Of a stretch of DNA of 64,000 nt, positions 57,380-64,000 are shown one piece after another. The notes under the pieces are model-generated. The model saw only the letters and a list, made by a program, of their open reading frames with translations. It did not search any database and was not told the origin of the DNA. Location: NCBI GenBank assembly GCA_028534125.1, contig CM052817.1, forward strand, positions 78,308,001-78,372,000. The letters run 5' to 3'. The position numbers and the translations under genes were made by a program. The first letter of the stretch is position 1, and every line of letters begins with the position of its first letter. The DNA is from Lama glama. Lineage: Eukaryota.

Positions 57380-57900
57380 GGCTAGCGGGCTTTAGAGCCA
57401 GACTAGGGACTGATCCTATTCTGCCACTTGCTGGCTATGTGGGCATCTTCCTTATCCCTGTGAGCCTCAACTTCCTCATCCATAAAGCAGAAAAAATAAT
57501 ACCCCTAGACATACTTTTGCCTTGGATCTTTCTGCTAAATTCTGATAAGCAGCTAGAAACACTTAGAAGAAATAACATTATCTCACACTGATACAGCAAT
57601 TTGCAGTTTTCTAAAGTTTTCATCAGATCTTCATAGTAACTTTGTGAGGTTATGGACAGAAATGTCAAGCACACTGGACAGAGAGACTTTGCTTTGGAGT
57701 CAGACAAACTTGGCTTGCCATCCAAGTACACAACTTATCAACTATATATACTTAGGAAAGGTCATCTTAACTTTTCTCCATCTCAGCTACCCCATCTATA
57801 AAATGAGGATGGGAGTTTCTAAAGAGTTGCTCTAATGGTCAAAAAAAATACAGAGTATATAAACTATGTCTGGTAGACAGCAGGCATTTAGGAGATGTTA
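57380..57900 (+). mobile_element. Two MIR SINE copies
   Basis: ctgccacttgctggctatgtgggc...gagcctcaacttcctcatccataaa and ctttggagtcagacaaacttgg...catctataaaatgaggat. Confidence 0.65.
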
Positions 57901-59739
57901 GCCTCAGGGTCCGTTCATCTCCAACAAGAACTCCTCCAAGCAGCCCACATTTTACATATGGAAACACTGAGGCTCAGCAATGATCAATAAACAAATTACC
58001 AAGATCATACAGAGTAAATCCTAGAATCAGTCTAGACCCTAAGGCCAGAACCAGAACCATGAGAAGAACTGGCATGACCAGGTCAGGAATGAAGCAGAAT
58101 TAATCTAGGCAGCTACAATTTCAGTTTTACTGGATAAAATATTTTCCAAATGAGCCTAAAATAACCCAGTGCATTTAAGGGCTAAAGGGGATTTGTCCTC
58201 ATGTAATTCTGTATTCTTTCTGTTTACTTTTCAATGACTGACAAAATAATTTTCTTTTCTTGGTCAGACACTGGGCTCAGCACCTATTCTTTACTGCGTT
58301 GCCTCAATTTCCCGGACAGAAAAAAACATACATTCCACTGACTGTCTACATCCGACTTTAATATATTCTTAGAGTAGCTACTTTTATACAGTAATCAAAG
58401 GAAGAATACTTAATCAGGAGTCAAAAGATTGCTCTTCTGGCTTTGGCTTTTCCACTCTTGGGCTCCTTCACCTTAGGCAAGTCTCCTATCAGCTCTGGAA
58501 AATGATGGAGGTTCACTTTATCACCTCATCCCCTCCAGAGCTGGACTCAGTCACAAGTGAAATAAACTCATCTTTATGAGAGCCGAGTGAATGAATCTAA
58601 AGGGGAAAGTACGCATGCAGGCCAATGGGATCATTGCTTTCCCTCTTAGGCATCACCCTACTGGAAGGAAGGTTGGATGGAACTGAGAGAAACACTTAAC
58701 TAGGATGTCAAGGAAAAGCTGCACTGTACAACCTTGTGAGGTTGGAGGGCCCCTCCTTGGAAATTGCATAGAATAATATAAGCATCTCTTGATAAGATTT
58801 TATCAATGTGACTGCTTCTGTACTGTGGCAATAGTTAGGACCAAATGAACTAAGCATGCCTTCCAGGCTAATTCTTTCTGATTCTGTCACTATCTCAAAA
58901 CACGCACTCCTGGATGTCTAGAAAACGTAACTAAATTCCCTATCTCCCTTCGACATCAGACATAACTTGTAAACCTCAACTTTCTCTGACATTTTCCCCG
59001 TGGTCCCTTCTCAGGGACCATGTCGCACTAGGACAGATTTCATCAACTCCTGCAGGTGAGGCTCAGTTCTGCTATTTCAAAACAGCAAAAGTAACTGTCT
59101 CTTGTTTTGCAGGGAAATACGAATCTTCACCGTGTGCAAATAAACACAATTCCAGAAGAGGCCATGGGTGATTTGGTATTTCAGCTGCATCTGTCTGTAA
59201 CTTAACTTGGTTTTTGTTTACTTTGTTGGCAGACTGTTGTCCACATGTGGACTATGTAAGAAAAACCATGATTTGGAAATTGGCAAAAGCACAACTCATT
59301 GTATTCAAAAGGTAGTAAGCTGTGAAAATCCAGACTATCTAGCTAAGATGACTAATGAGTAATCAAAAGGAAAACAAATCTTCAAAACAAATCTTGATCT
59401 TACAAATTCAAACAATCTATATCAGTGTGATGGGAAAATGTTTGGAATCCTACTCAATAATCAATAGAAGCCAGGAGGCAAGTGATCAAGGTGGAGAAAA
59501 GAAAACATAATGAAATAGTAAGAATTTCATATTTAACATCCTCTCACTTAACTCTTCCTTACTAAAATTCTGAATCAGTCTCAACATCATTTCTATAGAG
59601 CATGATACACGGAAGTAAAGAACTTCAGGAAAAAAAGTCATTTCCATAGTTAAATTTACAAACTGTATCTATTAGTATTGACCTAACAATAAAACCAAAA
59701 CTCTTTAAAATGAGACATAACTATGATAGATCATAGCTT

Positions 59740-60146
59740 TCCACTTTATTCACTGCTCCTCTCCCAGTAGGGGGACTGTACCAGGCGGCCATGTGGTTCA
59801 TAGTGCTGCCTGTGGGGGCGGTGTGCTGTGCACTGTGTCAGGTTTGACCAGGTGACCTGCACTGACCCATGAAATGTGATGGGAAGCAAAGCGAGCCATG
59901 TCCAAGGGAAAGCTTTCGGAGTCATCACATGTTCGGGTAACTGCTCCTTCCCCTCTGCCAGGAAAACGCATGTCCCTGATAAGGGCTGTTCCTTCAAATA
60001 CCACGTGGAACGGAGCTGTGAATAGGGTCACAGCTTCCAGGAGTCCATACTAGTGTGAACAAGAAATAAATCTTGGTTGCTAGAAACCACTAAGAATTTA
60101 GGTTTGTTGGTTAGAGCAGTCTTCTTGGCAAAAGTTGACTGACACA
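59740..60146 (+). mobile_element. Old ERVL-MaLR LTR (MLT1J/K-like)
   Basis: 3' end tagtgtgaacaagaaataaatcttggttgctagaaaccactaagaatttagg...gactgacaca. Confidence 0.7.
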
Positions 60147-60771
60147 ATAATTTAAGCAAAACAATATTTTTTTAAATTATTTTCTTTGAGAGCAAGAAGA
60201 AAACATCTCACAATCAAGGAAAATAGTATTTAAAATAGTGAACATTGCAGGATAAGCTCATTTCCTGTTTGGAGTGCATTGAAAGTTCTATAAGAAAAAT
60301 GAAGTTTCAGACAAATGCAAATAAATTGTCTTTTTTTCTAATCACAGCTTATAATCAGCCACACAGCAAGATGTGAAAATATGATTTCAAAGAACAAGAT
60401 ACTACACTAAACAAAAAAATAAAGTCTATAAACAAAGAATATTAATTACAAGTCACTAACACACATACATCTTCCTTTGAGGGGGTTCAACTGAAGATAA
60501 TAATGTCTGAAGCATCTTAAGAAGCAAACATGACATCATAGAGAGAAAAAGAGAAAAGATGAGAACAAAAAGAAGAAACTGTGATCCTAAGAAACCAGCC
60601 TGTCACAGAAAAAAAAAACTATGCTTCAGTTATTTAATTTAAAGATAAATTATCAATAGTGACAGGCCAAGAAATTTTAAATCAGATAATGCTATGGAAA
60701 ATAGGGTAGCTATTTCATACATAAGCAATTAGAAGGCATATTGTGTTCCCACAGTATATTTGCTCTATTTT

Positions 60772-61132
60772 TATATACAATTTTTAAAGGTTACTTTCCA
60801 TTTACAGTTATTACGAAACCCTGGCTATATTCCCCGTGTTGTACAGTACATCCTTGAGCACGTCTTACACCCAACAGTTTGTACCTCCCACTCCCCCATC
60901 CCTGTATTGCCCCTCCGCTCCCCCTCTCCCCACTGGTAACCACCAGTTTGTTCTCCTTATCTGTGAGTCTGTTTCTTTTTTGTTATATTCACCAGTTTGT
61001 TGTATTTTTTAGATTCCACATATAAGTGATATCATACAGTATTTGTCTTTCTCTGTCTGACTTATTCACTCAGTACAAAATCTTCCAAGTCTATCCATGA
61101 TGCTGCAAATGGCAAAATTTCATTCTTTTCTT
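60772..61132 (-). mobile_element. 5'-truncated L1 3' end (about 360 bp) with 13-bp TSD
   Basis: ttttttagattccacatataagtgatatcatacagtatttgtctttctctgtctgactta is reverse-strand L1. TSD tttgctctatttt at 60759-60771 and 61133-61145. Confidence 0.9.
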
Positions 61133-62426
61133 TTTGCTCTATTTTACATCAAAAGCTCTTTTAACCGACCTTCAGTTAACTGATTCTCAGATTTACCGGA
61201 CACTCTACACATCCTAAAATCTGCCAAATGATGCTCAAGTCCTCTCAGTCAGCAGCCCCGTCTCTGGGTTACCTGCACACCACACACCTCTGTCCTCACC
61301 ACCAGACTTGCCTGCTTGAGTCCCGAGTCAATTGTGCTTGTTCCCAGACCTGCTTATGCCACTGGTATTTATTACTCTAAATTGCATGAGAGTTAGTTAG
61401 GCACAGGCTTCTCCTTCCCCCTGCCTCTCCCCTTCCCCAAAGACTGGTAGCTCCCCGAGGGCAGGCACTGTATCATATATTGTATTTTCCTTTGTATGAA
61501 TCTTAATACTGACACAACACCTTGCTCATTAAAGGTTGTCAACAAAGGATCTGCTGAATTGAATTAAGTAACAGGGAAAAAAAACACTGTCATAACCTTT
61601 TGAATCAGTAAGACACCAGAGGCAAGTCTGTTGTTCATTTAAGTGAAACCCATTACAGAAAGGGCTGAGGAATCCGTCTCCCATTCCTAACAAATTGTTA
61701 AGAATTCAAAAGCTGGCCAACAATCGGGAGCACTGTAACCAAGCAGGACAAAGAACAGACTGCGCTCCTCGGAAAGAAGACCAGAGTCAGGCCAAGCACA
61801 TCCCACTCAACATGCTGAGAGTTAATTCAAAAATCTACTAGAGAAACTGAGTATTTATTCATTTAACGCATTTACTATAGCACATAACGTGCACATGACT
61901 GCAGAATACCCACACTTACAAGAATATGCATACTGGTTCCCACCTTGAAGGACTTTAAATGCTCTTGGTGGAAACAGAATTAATTGGTTAAACTATAATA
62001 AAGAGCGAAAAAGGGCCAAGACAGTTGTACAGAGAGAAGCAGTTGTAGAATTTTAGGAGGTAGTTTCACAACAGTGTTTGAAATTCACTCTAAACCTTGT
62101 AAGCTGGATAGGTTTTGAACAGGATAAGATCAGGAGGGCATGAATTTATTAAAGTAGGGAAAACATTGTCAGCAAAATCACAGCATTGTGGAGGGCACAT
62201 TTGTGCTATGAAAAAGAACAAACCTAGCAAGAACACTGGGTATTACAGGGAAATTGCAGAAGACTAGACAGAGAAAGCAGCTTCAACACATGGAGGCACT
62301 GACAAGTCAGGCATAGATTAAACATGCCCTGTGAATTGCGGCATTTGAGGAAAATTACCTCAGGCTGATGTGACAGGAAAAAAGACTGAAAGTAGAAACC
62401 TATAAGGTATTTGTTCATTTGATCAA

Positions 62427-62892
62427 CGTCATGGTGTATTTTATGTGCCAACTTGATGGGACTATAGGATGCCCAGATATTTGGTCAAACATTATTCTAG
62501 GCTTGTCAGTGTGAGTGCTGCTGGATGAGATTAACATGTGAACTGGTAGCCTAAGTAAAGCAGATTGCTTTTCACAGTGTGGTGGGCCTCATCTAATCAG
62601 TCAAGGTTTGAACAGAATAAAGGCTGACCTGCCAATCGGGAGGTTTCCTCCTGCCTGACTGCCTTCAAAGTGGAACACTGGCTTTTTCCTGCTTTTGGAC
62701 TCGAGCTGAATCATCTGCTTTTCTTGTGTCTCAAGCCTGAAGGCCTTCATACTTGAACTACACTATTGGTTATCCTGGTTCTCAAACTGGAATGACACCA
62801 TTAGCTCCCCTTGGACTCCATCTTGCTGACTCACCCTGCAGCTCTTGGGACCTATCAGCCTCCACAATCATGTGAGCCAATTTCTTATGATG

Positions 62893-62927
<35 letters not shown>

Positions 62928-62985
62928 ACACACACACACACACATCCTGTTCATTCTGTTTCTCTAGAGAAACCTAACTAACACA
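62427..62985 (+). mobile_element. ERVL solo LTR (MLT2-type) with 5-bp TSD
   Basis: ttttatgtgccaacttga...gcccagatatttggtcaaacattattct...gtaaagcagattg...catgtgagccaatttct...aacctaactaacaca. TSD atcaa at 62422-62426 and 62986-62990. Contains an internal (CT)n(CA)n run. Confidence 0.9.
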
Positions 62986-63363
62986 ATCAAACTTAAAATT
63001 TAAGACATTTGTTATATTGCTACAATCAAATCTATTTGAAAAAAATCTAAAGTACATTTGAAATAACTTCTAGTCAAAGAAAACATATTAACCTAGACAA
63101 AATTTAACATTAAATATGATAAATATAAGCCATTTTCTTCTTTACATTCACACACACAGAAAATCTTGCCTGGCAGCAAGTGGTATGTATACTTAATTTT
63201 AGATGTCTAGATTTTAGTTTTAACACTTAAAAATAAATTTCATATATAATATATATGTAACTTATATATGATATATACATATATTTGTTAGAGTTTAGTT
63301 TCTTCCTCTGATAAATAGGGTATTCTTGTTGTTTGCTTCACTGTATCTATAACAAATGTCTCT

Positions 63364-64000
63364 ATGAAACTTAAAAGCTTCTGCACAGCAAAGGAAACCA
63401 GAAGTAAAACAAGAAGAAAACCNNNNNNNNNNNNNNNNNNNNNNNNNNNNNNNNNNNNNNNNNNNNNNNNNNNNNNNNNNNNNNNNNNNNNNNNNNNNNN
63501 NNNNNNNNNNNNNNNNNNNNNNNNNNNNNNNNNNNNNNNNNNNNNNNNNNNNNNNNNNNNNNNNNNNNNNNNNNNNNNNNNNNNNNNNNNNNNNNNNNNN
63601 NNNNNNNNNNNNNNNNNNNNNNNNNNNNNNNNNNNNNNNNNNNNNNNNNNNNNNNNNNNNNNNNNNNNNNNNNNNNNNNNNNNNNNNNNNNNNNNNNNNN
63701 NNNNNNNNNNNNNNNNNNNNNNNNNNNNNNNNNNNNNNNNNNNNNNNNNNNNNNNNNNNNNNNNNNNNNNNNNNNNNNNNNNNNNNNNNNNNNNNNNNNN
63801 NNNNNNNNNNNNNNNNNNNNNNNNNNNNNNNNNNNNNNNNNNNNNNNNNNNNNNNNNNNNNNNNNNNNNNNNNNNNNNNNNNNNNNNNNNNNNNNNNNNN
63901 NNNNNNNNNNNNNNNNNNNNNNTTTCAAAATTGTAGAACAGATAAACAAGATTACACTGTATAGCACAGGGAAATATACACAAAATGTTATGATAAATCA
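63364..64000 (+). mobile_element. Young 5'-truncated L1 spanning an assembly gap and running off the window
   Basis: MKLKSFCTAKET (L1 ORF2) lies before the gap and L1 3' UTR lies after it. Confidence 0.85.
63423..63922. other. Assembly gap (500 N)
   Basis: Run of N. Confidence 1.

Noticed and set aside
51527..64000. PRDM5 exons 1-3 or promoter CpG island
   Set aside because: No PR-domain N-terminal coding sequence or CpG island seen; this region reads as intron.

Overview
Mammalian genomic DNA (AT-rich, CpG-depleted, with MIR/L2/L1/MaLR repeats). It lies entirely inside the PRDM5 gene (PR/SET-domain zinc-finger transcription factor) on the minus strand. I traced ten coding exons, numbered 4-13 by my recollection of the human gene structure (51526 down to 17334, 1237 nt). 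All have canonical AG/GT boundaries and compatible phases, and together they encode the end of the PR domain, an acidic linker and 12 zinc fingers. I did not find exons 1-3 or the last exons in the window. The introns hold a U6 snRNA retrocopy with target-site duplication, several L1 insertions, three or four solo LTRs, old DNA transposons, MIR/L2 fragments, microsatellites and two 500-N assembly gaps next to young L1 ends. The repeat content suggests a cetartiodactyl, probably a camelid (inference). I see no new gene system. The most interesting observations are: a frame-preserving exon 6 whose skipping would convert one C2HC finger to C2H2 and delete the next finger; RBFOX-type motifs just downstream of that exon; a U6 retrocopy with an extra 33-nt 3' segment; a locally templated 63-bp insertion; and a candidate in-frame alternative last exon. 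Repeat family names come from remembered consensus sequences and need RepeatMasker/Dfam confirmation.
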